Origin: Myxococcales bacterium | Lineage (GTDB): Bacteria > Myxococcota_A > UBA9042 | Reading direction: 5' to 3' | Length of the DNA: 64,000 nucleotides | Assembly (NCBI GenBank): GCA_009692465.1 | Contig: SHZD01000003.1 | Location: 15,121-79,120 of the forward strand | Shown here: piece by piece, positions 9,618 through 20,393 of the stretch | Numbering within the stretch: the stretch's first letter is position 1 | Layout of the letters: the number at the start of each line of letters is the position of its first letter | Made by a program: the position numbers and the translations under genes | Notes under the pieces: model-generated | Database searches by the model: none | The model's input: only the letters and a program-made list of their open reading frames with translations | Told to the model about the DNA's origin: nothing

Positions 9618-9838
9618 TCGGACGGTACAAAGGCACGGGCACGGCCGCGATCAGGCCCAAGTTTGGCCTAGCGCGCGAGTGTACCACAGTTTGGAAAGGG
9701 GTGTGGCGATAGCTAGTTGCAACAAGCGCGCTGCGACACTAGTCGTTCTTACCGCCCACGCAGCATTCTGAAGCGCAGCCACTGCCCCACTGCCAACTGC
9801 CGCTTGCGACAACGCCGCGAAATGCGCACAATTGCTGC

Positions 9839-11104
9839 ATGCGCCAGCCCACCCTGCTCATCGTGCCTGTTCTAATTTCGACCTTGTTCGCCTGTTCGCC
9901 GACTCAGAATTTCGGCAGCGTCGAGGGCCTGACCTGTTCGCGCTCTGGCGACCAGGTGTGCTCCAAAGAGCCGGGCAATCCGCGTGCCCGCTGCGGTTTT
10001 GACAACAATTGGACCATCCTCGAGAAGTGCAACGAGTTGCCGTGTGTGGTCGTCACCTTGTCCGGCGGCCTGCACTCCACCAGTTGCGGCGGAACACCAT
10101 CGGAAATCCAGACCGACGTCGTCACAACCCGCCAACCTGACACGATCAGCACCAGCGACACCAGCGAGGATTCGAACCGCAGTTCCGACATCAAGCCTGA
10201 AGGCAAGGACGCGATTTCGGGCACTAGCGCCACCAATTGTGGCAGCTATGTGTGCTCGGCCAAGCAACTGTGTACGCTCGGCGGCGCCTGCGAGGACAAT
10301 GCCTGCGCCAGCCCTTGCGGCCATGGCGAGCGCTGTAGCCTAGGTGTGTGTTTGTCTTACTGTTCGGGCACCTGTGCCAGCACCGAATACTGCCCACCCG
10401 ATCCGTTGGGCGACCAGTGCCAAAAACTCAACTGCACGCCGCCCATGGATCTAGGTGCCGCCTTTGTCGCGGTCGACCTGCAAGCGCAAGCCACAGCCGA
10501 CTCGCAGGCTTGCGCCCACTTGGCTGGGGCGACCTTGACCTTGAACAACGCGCTGCAAGCCGTGGGCCTTGGCGGCGACGGGCTTGCTGGCGGCATCGCG
10601 CTCGGCGCCGACACGCTAACGATTGCCACGTTACCGGTCCAAGGCAGCGCGGTGCTGTTGGCCAAGAAGGCCAACTCCAAGCCGTGCGCCGCTACTGGCG
10701 TGTGCGGGGTGGTGCTGAGCAAGGCCGACAACTTGAATCCTGCCGGCGCCGCCGCGCAACCGTGCAAGCCGCGTTATGCCGTGAACAAGTCGGACCGGTT
10801 TGAGGTGCTGCCACTGCCACTGCGCTTGGGCACAATCCGAGTGCCGTTGTTCGTGCGCAACGCGGCTGTAATGGTCGCTGCCGACAGCAAGAGTGCCGAA
10901 TTGTGCGGGCACGTGGCCAAAGCCGACATCGATGTCGCGCTGTCCGGCTTGTCCAAGGCCAGCGGGACGGCGTTTCAGTTGCTGCAAAAGCTAGTGACCA
11001 GCGGCCCGGATGTCGATAGCAATGGCGATGGCACCAAAGATGTGTGGGCAGTGCGGTTTGTCGTGCAGTTGGCCCCGGCTGTACTGAATAAATGGGCGCC
11101 GTGA
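9839..11104 (+). CDS. Cys-rich lipoprotein, function unknown
   Basis: Signal peptide with lipobox LFAC. Cys-rich N-terminal half. 421 aa. Its stop overlaps the next start (ATGGGCGCCGTGA). Confidence 0.6.
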   Translation: MRQPTLLIVPVLISTLFACSPTQNFGSVEGLTCSRSGDQVCSKEPGNPRARCGFDNNWTILEKCNELPCVVVTLSGGLHSTSCGGTPSEIQTDVVTTRQPDTISTSDTSEDSNRSSDIKPEGKDAISGTSATNCGSYVCSAKQLCTLGGACEDNACASPCGHGERCSLGVCLSYCSGTCASTEYCPPDPLGDQCQKLNCTPPMDLGAAFVAVDLQAQATADSQACAHLAGATLTLNNALQAVGLGGDGLAGGIALGADTLTIATLPVQGSAVLLAKKANSKPCAATGVCGVVLSKADNLNPAGAAAQPCKPRYAVNKSDRFEVLPLPLRLGTIRVPLFVRNAAVMVAADSKSAELCGHVAKADIDVALSGLSKASGTAFQLLQKLVTSGPDVDSNGDGTKDVWAVRFVVQLAPAVLNKWAP

Positions 11105-12126
11105 CGCCAGTTCTGCCGGCCGTACCCCCGACCATTTTCGATGCCAGCGGGGCCATTGCCGATGGCGTTTACCGCGGAACGATCGCCGACGCCAACTTGA
11201 AAGCGAGCCGGTGGCCGCTGAGCTGGCGGCAAAAAGAGTGGCACTACTTGTCAGCCGTGACCGATCGCCACTTGGTCGCGGTCGCCGTAGTGCAACTGGG
11301 CTACCTCGCCAATAGTTTTGCTTATGTCGTCGAACTTACCGGCCCCAGTGACCACCAGCCTTGGCAGTTCGAAGGGTTATCGCCCTTGGGCACAGCGGTG
11401 CGCTTTGGTCAGGGCCCGGCGCGCGGGGTGACCAGTTGGCGCAGTTCGGGCGCAGCCATTGATTTGCGGACTGACGACGACGGCTACACCGCGCGGATTG
11501 ACTTGCCGGTGGGCCGGGGCACTGAGACAAAGCGACTGTGTGCACGGCTTGAGTGTAAGCGCGGCGAGGCATTGACGCTGGTGCACACGTTGCCCACCGG
11601 CCGACCGGCGTGCACCGAAAAGGTGGCCGGGCTGCCCGCGAGTTTGGACATGCTGCTGGGCGAGCACGACATCGGCGGGGCGGCGCTGGCGAGCAGCGAC
11701 TGGACGCGCTCAGTGGCCATGCGGCAAACGGTGTGGAAGTGGGCTTCGCTCAGTGGCACCTTGCCCGATGGTCGGCACCTCGGCCTCAACTTGTCGGCCC
11801 AGGTGTACGACGACAGCCACGGCCAGTCCCGCGAAAATGCGCTGTGGATCGACGGCAAGGTCCACGCGCTTGCTGGCGGGGTGCTGTTCAGCGTGCCGCA
11901 GGCCGCGGATCGCCAGCCGTGGCTGCTGTCGAGTCAGCAAGGCGACGCGGTGCTGCTGCGTTTTGAGCCGCTGGGGGCGCGCCGGCAGGACATCGACTAC
12001 TGGCTGGTGGTCAGTCGGTTTGTCCAGCCCTACGGCCGATTTTATGGGCACTTGCGCGTCGATGGGCAGACTTTAGCCATCGACGGCATGGTCGGCGTGG
12101 TCGAGGAACACTTGGCGAAGTGGTGA
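11092..12126 (+). CDS. hypothetical protein, possibly DUF2804-like, translationally coupled to the upstream lipoprotein
   Basis: 344-aa ORF with coding-type GC3 bias and a 13-bp overlap with the upstream gene. The family assignment is from memory only. Confidence 0.45.
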   Translation: MGAVTPVLPAVPPTIFDASGAIADGVYRGTIADANLKASRWPLSWRQKEWHYLSAVTDRHLVAVAVVQLGYLANSFAYVVELTGPSDHQPWQFEGLSPLGTAVRFGQGPARGVTSWRSSGAAIDLRTDDDGYTARIDLPVGRGTETKRLCARLECKRGEALTLVHTLPTGRPACTEKVAGLPASLDMLLGEHDIGGAALASSDWTRSVAMRQTVWKWASLSGTLPDGRHLGLNLSAQVYDDSHGQSRENALWIDGKVHALAGGVLFSVPQAADRQPWLLSSQQGDAVLLRFEPLGARRQDIDYWLVVSRFVQPYGRFYGHLRVDGQTLAIDGMVGVVEEHLAKW

Positions 12127-12185
12127 GCGAGCGGGCATCCGCAGCCAAAACGGTCGGCGCGCCGCGTCCTTTCTGAGCCAGACCT

Positions 12186-12514
12186 AGAATTCGCTGTAAT
12201 CACAAGATGTTGTTTAATGGGTGCCACCTGATCAACTCTTGGGCCAAGCCGTAAGTGAGCGAAGGTCGGCGGTCCGAGTCGTCGGTGAGCCCCTACTGCC
12301 TTCCGGTCATGGTCAACTCGAGCATTCGCTGTAATCACAAGATGTTGTTCAATGGGTGCCACCTGATCAACTCTTGGGCCAAGCCGTAAGCGAGCAAACA
12401 ACCGCGGTCCGAGTCGTCGGATCGCCCGCGCTGCCTTCGGGTTGTGGTCAGGCCGCGGACAGCCGGACATTCGCTGTAATCACAAGATGTTGTTCAATGG
12501 GTGCCACCTGATCA
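12186..12514 (+). repeat. Tandem array of ~140-bp units (2 full plus 1 partial), each carrying a Family A motif (ATGTTGTTYAATGGGTGCCACCTGATCA at 12197, 12342, 12487)
   Basis: Units 12186-12325 and 12326-12465 are about 95% identical, and a third truncated unit follows. The array lies 190 bp upstream of clpB. Confidence 0.85.
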
Positions 12515-12702
12515 GGGCGCGCGGAGCATCAGGAATTGCTGGATTGCACGTCGCTTGACAGCCGTTCCCACCGTCCTTTCGTGCCGCGGCGGTGGTCGCG
12601 GGCAATGCGGCGGGCCGCAATCTGCGTCGGGTGAGCAGCGTGTTCACGGCGGCGCTTTTTGCGGCAACGCGGCAGTCTGCCTTGCTGCCGCAGGGGATTG
12701 GG

Positions 12703-15285
12703 ATGCAAAACAAGCTGACAACCAACGCGCAGATGGCGCTCAAGCTAGCCGGCGAAGAAGCCGTGCGCCGCAGCCACCAATTCCTGGAGCCGGAGCACAT
12801 CCTGTGGGCGCTGTGCGGCAACGTCGAGGGCGTGGTCAAGCCGTTGCTGGCCAAGCTCGAAGTGCCATTGGAACCCCTTCGCGACGAAATGGTCCGCGAG
12901 TTGGGGCGGTTGCCGGCCGTCAAAGCCCAGTCAGGTCCGGGTCTGGTCGGTTCTGAGCGCTTGCAAGCGTTTTTTGAGGCCGCCGACGACGAGCGCGGCA
13001 AGTTCAAAGATGACTACGTCTCGACCGAGCACTTGTTTCTGGCTCTGCTGCAGGATCGCAAAGGCGCGGCGAGCAAGGCGCTGGCGGACCGCGGATTGTC
13101 GCGCGAAAAGATCTTGGCGGCCCTTAAACCATTGCGCGGCTCAGCGCGGGTGGCCACCGAGGACGGCGAGAGCCAGTTTCAAGCGCTGGAGAAGTACGCC
13201 CGCGACCTCACCGCCGTCGCCGCGCAAGGCAAGCTCGATCCAGTGGTCGGACGCGACGATGAGGTCCGGCGCCTGATGCAAGTGCTGAGCCGGCGCCGCA
13301 AGAATAACCCGGTCCTGATCGGCGAACCGGGGGTTGGCAAAACCGCGATTGTCGAGGGGCTGGCCCAGCGCATCGTTCAAGGCGACGTCCCCGAAGGTTT
13401 GCGCGGCAAGAAGCTGTTGGCGCTCGATTTGGCGTCGATGGTTGCCGGAAGCAAGTACCGCGGCGAGTTTGAAGAGCGTTTGAAGGCCGTGCTCAAAGAG
13501 CTCGCCGACGCCAGCGACCAAGTGATCTTGTTTATTGATGAATTGCACAATCTGGTCGGGGCGGGCAAGGGCGAAGGCAGCATGGACGCCTCCAACATGC
13601 TCAAGCCGGCACTGGCCCGCGGCGAGTTGCACTGCATTGGCGCGACAACTATCGACGAATACCGCAAATACATTGAAAAAGACGCCGCGCTCGAGCGGCG
13701 CTTTCAGCCGGTCAAGTGCGATGAGCCGAGCGTGGCGGACACGATTTCGATTTTGCGCGGGCTCAAAGATCGCTATGAAACTCACCACGGCGTGCGCATT
13801 CAAGACGCGGCGCTGGTGGCGGCGGCCACGTTGTCGGATCGCTACATCGCCGACCGCTTCTTGCCCGACAAGGCCGTTGATTTGATGGATGAAGCCGCCA
13901 GCCGACTGCGGATGGAAATCGACTCGCTGCCGACCGAAATCGACCAATTGCAGCGCCGTATCCAGCAGTTGGAGATTGAACAAGCGGCGCTACAGCGCGA
14001 AGAGGACGCCGCCAGTTTGGATCGTCTGCACAAGATCGTGGCTGAGATGGCCGAACTCAAGGAAACGGCGACCCAAAAGCGGGCAGTGTGGCAAAACGAG
14101 AAGAAGCTCATCGACGGCATCCGGACCAAGAAGTCTCAAGTAGAGGAAAAACAACATCAATTGGAGGCTGCGCAGCGTCGTTACGACAATGAACTGGCGG
14201 CCAAGCTGCAATACGGCGAGATTCCGCTGCTCAAGAAAGACATCGCCGACGCTCAAAGCAAGCTGGCGGAATTGCAAGCGGATGGCGCGCTTCTGCACGA
14301 AGAGGTCACCGCCGACGAGGTGGCCAAAGTGGTGTCGGCGTGGACCGGAGTGCCAGTGACCAAAATGCTGGAATCGGAGATGCAAAAGTTGCTGCATCTG
14401 GAGCAACAGCTGCAAAAACGGGTGGTGAATCAGACTGAGGCGATCAGTGCGGTGGCCAATGCGGTGCGGCGGTCGCGCTCCGGTCTGCAGGATCCCAATC
14501 GGCCACTGGGGTCGTTTATTTTTCTGGGGCCGACCGGGGTCGGCAAGACCGAGCTGGTCAAAGCGCTGGCTGCGTTTCTGTTTGATGACGAAGCGGCGAT
14601 GGTGCGCATCGACATGAGCGAATACATGGAGAAACACGCCGTCGCCCGCTTGATCGGTGCGCCGCCCGGCTACGTGGGCCATGAAGACGGCGGCCAGCTG
14701 ACCGAAGCGGTGCGTCGCCGCCCCTATAGCGTTGTGTTGTTTGATGAAATAGAAAAAGCCCATCCCGACGTCCTCAACATCCTGTTGCAGGTGCTCGATG
14801 AGGGCCGGTTGACCGACAGTCAGGGTCGGCAAATCGACTTTCGCAATACTTTGGTGCTGATGACCAGCAATATCGGCAGCGCGCTGATTTTGGAGGCCAA
14901 GGGCGATCAAGCGATCAAGCAGGTGGTTCAAGACGAGCTGCGCCGGCACTTTCGGCCCGAATTTCTCAATCGCATCGATGAGGTGGCCGTATTCAATGCA
15001 CTGCGCAAACAAGACATGGTGCACATTGTCGACATTCAACTGGAGCGCTTTAAGAAGCGCCTGGCCGATAAGAAACTGGGCCTGACCGTGACCCCAGAGG
15101 CCAAGCAATTGCTGGGGGATGAGGGCTACGATCCGCACTTTGGCGCTCGACCACTTAAGCGCGTGTTGCAAAATCGCATTGAAAATCCACTGGCAGTGCA
15201 GATCTTAGGCGGCAAGTTTCCAGCGGGTACCCATATTGTCATCGACGCCGTCGATGGCGCGCTGCAGTTTGTGTACGCCGATTGA
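12703..15285 (+). CDS. clpB: ATP-dependent chaperone ClpB
   Basis: Clp N-domain, two AAA+ modules (GEPGVGKT and GPTGVGKT Walker A), a long coiled-coil M-domain, and a ClpB-type C-terminus. I chose the start at MQNKLTT. Confidence 0.9.
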   Translation: MQNKLTTNAQMALKLAGEEAVRRSHQFLEPEHILWALCGNVEGVVKPLLAKLEVPLEPLRDEMVRELGRLPAVKAQSGPGLVGSERLQAFFEAADDERGKFKDDYVSTEHLFLALLQDRKGAASKALADRGLSREKILAALKPLRGSARVATEDGESQFQALEKYARDLTAVAAQGKLDPVVGRDDEVRRLMQVLSRRRKNNPVLIGEPGVGKTAIVEGLAQRIVQGDVPEGLRGKKLLALDLASMVAGSKYRGEFEERLKAVLKELADASDQVILFIDELHNLVGAGKGEGSMDASNMLKPALARGELHCIGATTIDEYRKYIEKDAALERRFQPVKCDEPSVADTISILRGLKDRYETHHGVRIQDAALVAAATLSDRYIADRFLPDKAVDLMDEAASRLRMEIDSLPTEIDQLQRRIQQLEIEQAALQREEDAASLDRLHKIVAEMAELKETATQKRAVWQNEKKLIDGIRTKKSQVEEKQHQLEAAQRRYDNELAAKLQYGEIPLLKKDIADAQSKLAELQADGALLHEEVTADEVAKVVSAWTGVPVTKMLESEMQKLLHLEQQLQKRVVNQTEAISAVANAVRRSRSGLQDPNRPLGSFIFLGPTGVGKTELVKALAAFLFDDEAAMVRIDMSEYMEKHAVARLIGAPPGYVGHEDGGQLTEAVRRRPYSVVLFDEIEKAHPDVLNILLQVLDEGRLTDSQGRQIDFRNTLVLMTSNIGSALILEAKGDQAIKQVVQDELRRHFRPEFLNRIDEVAVFNALRKQDMVHIVDIQLERFKKRLADKKLGLTVTPEAKQLLGDEGYDPHFGARPLKRVLQNRIENPLAVQILGGKFPAGTHIVIDAVDGALQFVYAD

Positions 15286-15354
15286 CGCCGCCTGCGACCA
15301 AACCGGACAATCCACCGTACAGCGCGATCGGCGCGGGTTGGCCAACAGCCGAAC

Positions 15355-15573
15355 ATGACTGAAACTTTGCCCATTGCGATTACGCTCAACGGCTTGCCGC
15401 ACTCGCTGGCGCGCGGCACCTCGGTCGCGCAACTGCTCGTAGAGCTGCAGACCCCTGATTTTGGGGCGGCCGTCGAACTGAACTGCACGGTAGTGCGCAA
15501 GAAAGACCACGCGGCGACCGAGCTCGTCGCCGGTGACGTCGTGGAAATTGTTCACTTCGTCGGCGGCGGTTAG
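15355..15573 (+). CDS. thiS: sulfur carrier protein ThiS
   Basis: 72-aa protein ending in GG, directly upstream of thiG. Confidence 0.75.
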   Translation: MTETLPIAITLNGLPHSLARGTSVAQLLVELQTPDFGAAVELNCTVVRKKDHAATELVAGDVVEIVHFVGGG

Positions 15574-15598
15574 CGGCTGACCGCCAAGGACCTCATCT

Positions 15599-16378
15599 AT
15601 GGCAACAACGACTGACGACGGCTGGCAATTGGCCGGCAAGACCTACTTTTCGCGCCTGTTGGTCGGCACCGGCAAGTACGCCGACATTGCCCAGACTCGC
15701 GCCGCGCTGGACCAATCGGGCGCCGAAATCGTCACGGTGGCGGTACGGCGCATCGATCGCAGCCAAGCGCAGACGGTGCTCGACGCCATCGACCGGACTC
15801 GCCACACCCTGTTGCCCAACACGGCTGGCTGCTACACCGCGCAAGATGCCATTCGCTACGCCAATTTGGCCCGCGAAGCTGGGATGGGCGATCTGATCAA
15901 GCTCGAGGTGATCGGCGATCGACTGACGCTGTTTCCGGACAATCAAGCGACGCTGGAGGCGGCCAAAGTGCTGGTGGCCGATGGGTTTGCGGTGCTGCCG
16001 TACATCGGCGACGACCCGGTGCTGTGCAAGAAACTGCAAGATCTGGGCTGTGCCGCGGTGATGCCGCTGGGAGCGCCGATTGGTTCGGGGCTGGGAATTC
16101 GCAACCCTCATAATTTGCAGATTATTTTGCAACAGGCCACGGTACCGGTCTTAGTGGACGCCGGAGTCGGCACCGCCAGTGATGCGGCTATCGCACTAGA
16201 ACTTGGCTGTACTGCGGTGTTGATGAACACGGCCATTGCCGGCGCTCAAGATCCGATTCGGATGGCACGGGCGATGCGGTTGGCGGTTCAGGCTGGGCGC
16301 GAAGCGTTTTTGGCCGGGCGCATTCCGCGCAAGCTGCATGCGGCGGCGTCGAGCCCGCTGACTGGCCTGCTCGGGTGA
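15599..16378 (+). CDS. thiG: thiazole synthase ThiG
   Basis: ThiG family. The GTGKY Lys region is conserved and the protein is ~259 aa. Its stop overlaps the thiE start. Confidence 0.85.
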   Translation: MATTTDDGWQLAGKTYFSRLLVGTGKYADIAQTRAALDQSGAEIVTVAVRRIDRSQAQTVLDAIDRTRHTLLPNTAGCYTAQDAIRYANLAREAGMGDLIKLEVIGDRLTLFPDNQATLEAAKVLVADGFAVLPYIGDDPVLCKKLQDLGCAAVMPLGAPIGSGLGIRNPHNLQIILQQATVPVLVDAGVGTASDAAIALELGCTAVLMNTAIAGAQDPIRMARAMRLAVQAGREAFLAGRIPRKLHAAASSPLTGLLG

Positions 16379-17040
16379 TCGCGCCGCGCTTGATCGCGAT
16401 TGTTGCCGCCACCGAATGCCAAAGCCCGGCGTTGGGCGCGCAATTAGCCTTTGATATTGGTAAATTGGCAGCAGTCTGCGCACAACATAAGGTCCCGTGG
16501 GGCCTGTGGTTGCGCGACCACGGCTACTCAGCAGCAACGTGGCGTTCCGTCGTCAGCGCGATGAGTCACGTAGCCGCGCTGGGGGGCAGCCTCGGCATTT
16601 CTGCTCCGGTCGATGGACCGGCGGCGCTCGCGGCAGAAAGATTGCAAACACATGGGGTTGCACGGATTCATGTCCCGCAAGCGGCGTGGACTGATTGGTC
16701 ACAGGCACAGCTGGGCGGGATGGCGAAGGTGGCTGCCGCCCACAACGAGGATTTTGCAGCAAGTGCGCTCGCATATGGCGCTGATTTTGTTACATTATCT
16801 CCAATTTGGGCCACAGCGTCCAAAGTCGAGTCGGTGGGTCTGGGGTCAGAGGCGCTGGCGGCTGTGGCTCAGCGCTTTGCGCGTCAGGTCATTGCGCTGG
16901 GTGGCATCGACGCCGTGACGGCGGCCATTTCGTTCCAAGCGGGAGCGGTAGCGGTGGCGAGCATGACCGCTTGGCGCCGCGAGCCGCGCCAGCTGGCGGT
17001 GGCCGTGCACCAAACGCCTCCAATTGCGGCGCCCTGCTAA
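16375..17040 (+). CDS. thiE: thiamine-phosphate synthase ThiE
   Basis: TMP-TENI fold motifs ([19 protein letters not shown]) and operon context with thiSG. Confidence 0.75.
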   Translation: MIAPRLIAIVAATECQSPALGAQLAFDIGKLAAVCAQHKVPWGLWLRDHGYSAATWRSVVSAMSHVAALGGSLGISAPVDGPAALAAERLQTHGVARIHVPQAAWTDWSQAQLGGMAKVAAAHNEDFAASALAYGADFVTLSPIWATASKVESVGLGSEALAAVAQRFARQVIALGGIDAVTAAISFQAGAVAVASMTAWRREPRQLAVAVHQTPPIAAPC

Positions 17041-17073
17041 ACCAATTAGTTTCGCCGTGGCGTCAGGAGGCGC

Positions 17074-17514
17074 TTGGGGGCATTACTGATGAGCACTGGG
17101 GCTGCTGTCGTATTCGGCCTGGTCGCTTTCATTCACGGCTACTTCTTTGTGTTGGAGTCGGTGCTGTGGGGCAAACCGCGGACCAACAAGATCTTTGGCG
17201 TGGACGCCGAAACAGCGGCGAAAAACGCGGGGTTTGCCAAGAATCAGGGCGTCTACAACCTTTTTCTGGTCGCTGGGTTGGTGTGGGCCTTGGGCCACCC
17301 AGAACCGAGCGCCGCCACTCAACTAGCGACGTTCTTTGGCGGTTGCGTGGTGGTAGCTGGGGTGTTTGGCGCGCTCACGGTCAACAAGCGAATTTTCTTT
17401 GTCCAAGCGCTGCCAGCGTTGATCGGGCTGGGTCTGCTGCATTTGGCCTCGCGTACAACCCTGGCGCGCGGCTGGCCCGGTGTTTGGCTGCCTTGGCAAC
17501 TGACCGCAAATTAG
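17074..17514 (+). CDS. small membrane protein, DUF1304-like
   Basis: Four predicted TM helices and a FVLESVLW motif. 146 aa. Confidence 0.4.
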   Translation: MGALLMSTGAAVVFGLVAFIHGYFFVLESVLWGKPRTNKIFGVDAETAAKNAGFAKNQGVYNLFLVAGLVWALGHPEPSAATQLATFFGGCVVVAGVFGALTVNKRIFFVQALPALIGLGLLHLASRTTLARGWPGVWLPWQLTAN

Positions 17515-17611
17515 GGCGTGTGAAAGAGCAACTCGATCAACCTACGTGAAAACCGCAGCAGCGAGTCAGCTGTAAAGACGCGAGCTTGCGAGCCACCCAG
17601 CGAGCAAACAG

Positions 17612-17648
17612 GCTCGGTAAATGAATGATTTGTTCATTTACAAGCCCT
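17612..17648. terminator. hairpin (TAAATGAAtgaTTTGTTCATTTA) between convergent genes
   Basis: Near-perfect inverted repeat in the 255-bp convergent intergenic region. Confidence 0.4.
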
Positions 17649-17735
17649 TACGCGATTGACCAGCGCAAGGAACGGAACTGCGAGTCGGCCTTCGGGGAGG
17701 CGAGTTCTGCGAACCACAAAGCAAGCAAACGGAAC

Positions 17736-17764
17736 AGCGCTCAGAATGGCTCATTCTGAGTTTG
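17736..17764. terminator. hairpin (TCAGAATGGCTCATTCTGA) immediately 3' of nuoB
   Basis: Perfect 8-bp stem adjacent to the nuoB stop. Confidence 0.4.
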
Positions 17765-17768
17765 TTGA

Positions 17769-18293
17769 TCAAACCAATTCGGCGCGCCCAGCAGTGATCT
17801 TGTCCATCAGCATCTGGATCGCATCCTGAATCTGCTCAGGCCGCGGCGGGCAGCCGGGGATGTACACATCGACAGGAATGATGTGGTCAATTCCAGGAAC
17901 GGTCGCATAATTGTCGTAAAATCCACCCGTTGAAGCGCAAGCACCAAAAGCAATCACCCACTTGGGCTCGGCCATCTGCTCGTAAATGCGCTTGAGAATC
18001 GGCGCGTTCTTGTGGGTCACGGTGCCGACCACCATCAGTAAGTCCGCTTGACGCGGGGTAAATCGCGGCACTTCGCAGCCAAAGCGGGCAATGTCGTGCT
18101 GCGGCGCATTGACCGCCATGAACTCCATTCCGCAGCAGGCGGTGACAAACGGATATTGAAACAGCGAGAACTTGCGGCCCCAGTTGACCAATTCTTCGAT
18201 TTTAGTCGTCAGCACGTTGCCGGCCATATCGCCGCCACCTAGGCTCAACTGCTCGATACCATGCAGTTCGCTTTGTTTGTACATCAAACCCAT
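17769..18293 (-). CDS. nuoB: NADH-quinone oxidoreductase subunit B (NuoB/Nqo6-like), solo gene
   Basis: VNWGRK, ACCxxE, PRQADLLMVVGT, GACAsTGG and VDVYIPGCPPRPE motifs are all present. No nuoA or nuoC is adjacent. Confidence 0.8.
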   Translation of the reverse strand: MGLMYKQSELHGIEQLSLGGGDMAGNVLTTKIEELVNWGRKFSLFQYPFVTACCGMEFMAVNAPQHDIARFGCEVPRFTPRQADLLMVVGTVTHKNAPILKRIYEQMAEPKWVIAFGACASTGGFYDNYATVPGIDHIIPVDVYIPGCPPRPEQIQDAIQMLMDKITAGRAELV

Positions 18294-18425
18294 AGGTGTC
18301 CTCGCGGTGGCGATGCGGCCAGAGCGGTCGCAGAGCGCGCATGGTGGTCAAAGTGCAGGTGGCCGTCAAGCCCAATGGAGCGCCGCGATTCCCCGCCCTG
18401 GGCGCAACTGCGCGGATGACTTCAG

Positions 18426-20393
18426 CTACGGTACAACTACACATTTGACATTGGTGGTGCCGTCGCCGGGATAGGCTGCACCGTCGTACAGCGCCACGGC
18501 GCCGCCGGGTTCGCTAGCATCGCGCGCCGCAGGGCACTTGAAACTAATCGTCGCGCTGCCGTCGACCACTTGGCTGGCTAGGGCGTCCTGGTGGACACAG
18601 GCCGTACCGGTGCCCAATTTGGAGCTAAACTCGCACACGCGCAGCACTTGTGCTGCTGGCTTGCCGGTGACGGTGCAACTCAGCGTGGTGGTCTGCCCAG
18701 GTGTGCAGGCCACTTTTTTGGTCAGGTTGCGCCAGCCGCAGTTGCGCAGGGGCCCGATTTGGCCGCGGCTGCAAGGTAGCGTGACGTAGCCGTTGCCGGG
18801 CGTCGGCACCGTCGCAGGATAGGCGTCGCCGTTGTTGGCCTGCCAATTGGCCGAGAAGTTGCACTTGGCGCGGTACACCGTTTGACCGTTGGCGGTGGTG
18901 AACTGAGTAGGTTCAAACACCGGATTGCCCGAGGCGTCCAGAATCGGGGTGCCTTCGCACAAGAAGCCGTCAGGATTGCTAATAAATCCGAGATCTTTGG
19001 TCACCGCCCCCTGAGTGGTGTCGATGTCGGTCACGTCGATCCACTGGCACGGCAACCCGGCCTTGTACTGGTCGACCCAGCCGACTTCGACCCCTTGGGT
19101 TTCGCAGCCACCGTACGGATTATGCAAGGGTGATTTTTCATGGTTGGAGGGCCGCGCCGTCGACTGGAGGCAAAATCCGCGCTTGGCTGTCATCTCCGCG
19201 TCGCCGCCAAAGGTAAAATTGCCATAGTGGGCGAAGTGATAGTGTTGATGGCATTGATCAAACTGAAAGATGTGGTACTTGTCGTTCAGGGTCTGGGTGC
19301 CGGTCAAGTAGTAGTCGACATCGCCGATATGCAGCGCCTTGTCGCCGACGTTGCGATCGGAAGTGGCAAACTGCAGCAACCGCCGCCAACCGCTGCCGCC
19401 CACGCATTGTTCGCTCAATTCACAGGCGCCTGCGGCGATATAGCGGTAGGTCACGCGGTTGACCAAGAACTCTTCCAGTTCCAACGACAGGTCAGCACCG
19501 CCCGGCGCCGCCGTGCCGACTCGGGCCTGATTGGCGAGGTTGCGGTCCCACTTGAGGCGGGTAAACCGCACCACGGTCTCGTAGGCGCCGACATGGGCAG
19601 CTAGGGCTTGCTTACACGACTGGGTTGGCAGGTTGGTCTGGTGGCAACCGCGCGGACTCAACTCCTTTTCGGTGGTGCACTCGTGATCGTAAAAGGACTC
19701 GACCTCTTCGGATTCGACGCTATTGGGCGGAAAATCCTCTTCATCCATGCAGGCATAACCGGTACGCTGAAACAGCAACTCGGGGTCGATCGGCAGGGTA
19801 AACGGCTCGTCCCAACTGCCGCCGACCTTGGCCAACTTGGCCTCTGAGGTGGCGGGCGAGGCGGGATCGGTCACCAACGTCGAATTCAGGCGGTAATTGA
19901 CCACCACGTAGTCGTGCCCGCCCACGGTCGCCCGCTTAGGCGCGCTGGTCAGCGTCACGTTGCGCCGCGATTCGGGCGGCAGCGGCAATTGCATTTTTTT
20001 GGTGCCCAAACCGTAGAAATCCTGCCGAAAAACCAGCCGATACGAAGTCAACTGCAGTTGGGCCTTGGCGCGGTCGGTCCAAAACGCCGTCGGCTTAGCT
20101 ATCAGATCCGCGGCGATCCGGCCGCGCATGGCAATCGGGATTTCGTCTAACTTGACACCGACTTGGCCTTGCAACGTAGCGCCGACCAACGCCCCAGGGT
20201 CACCCAGACCCAACTGCGCTTGACCCGCAGAGGGCTCAGTCGTTGCATCGGCGCAAGCCACTGTTGTGGCTGCCAACGCGGCTACCAGCGCGATTTGAGG
20301 TAGTTGGCGAAAACCTATCAACAACGAGTGCTTCACGATAATCCTCCGGCGAACACAACTAAATTGAGCCAAGCGATCCGAAATTTGCAGCAT
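18426..20393 (-). CDS. lysyl oxidase-like (LOX catalytic domain) lipoprotein
   Basis: QCHQHYHFAHYGNF matches the LOX copper-binding W.WH.CHQHYH motif. KRGFCLQST matches the LTQ lysine region (KASFCLEDT). Y-x5-CQWIDVTD matches the LOX C-terminal LTQ Tyr / CQWIDITD block. Signal peptide has lipobox TTVAC. Confidence 0.7.
   Translation of the reverse strand: MLQISDRLAQFSCVRRRIIVKHSLLIGFRQLPQIALVAALAATTVACADATTEPSAGQAQLGLGDPGALVGATLQGQVGVKLDEIPIAMRGRIAADLIAKPTAFWTDRAKAQLQLTSYRLVFRQDFYGLGTKKMQLPLPPESRRNVTLTSAPKRATVGGHDYVVVNYRLNSTLVTDPASPATSEAKLAKVGGSWDEPFTLPIDPELLFQRTGYACMDEEDFPPNSVESEEVESFYDHECTTEKELSPRGCHQTNLPTQSCKQALAAHVGAYETVVRFTRLKWDRNLANQARVGTAAPGGADLSLELEEFLVNRVTYRYIAAGACELSEQCVGGSGWRRLLQFATSDRNVGDKALHIGDVDYYLTGTQTLNDKYHIFQFDQCHQHYHFAHYGNFTFGGDAEMTAKRGFCLQSTARPSNHEKSPLHNPYGGCETQGVEVGWVDQYKAGLPCQWIDVTDIDTTQGAVTKDLGFISNPDGFLCEGTPILDASGNPVFEPTQFTTANGQTVYRAKCNFSANWQANNGDAYPATVPTPGNGYVTLPCSRGQIGPLRNCGWRNLTKKVACTPGQTTTLSCTVTGKPAAQVLRVCEFSSKLGTGTACVHQDALASQVVDGSATISFKCPAARDASEPGGAVALYDGAAYPGDGTTNVKCVVVP

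Noticed and set aside
10150-10175. tRNA-like GGATTCGAACC motifs (also near 38100)
   Set aside because: They occur inside well-supported CDSs with no acceptor or anticodon stem context. I found no tRNA or rRNA genes in the window.
15286-15354. Possible TPP riboswitch upstream of thiS
   Set aside because: The leader is only ~70 nt. I could not find the conserved CUGAGA and ACCUGAUCUGGAUAAUGCCAGCG elements by eye.
16806-17549. 247-aa ORF overlapping thiE and the DUF1304-like gene
   Set aside because: It is in an alternative frame over two better-supported genes and has a Gly/Arg-rich low-complexity translation.
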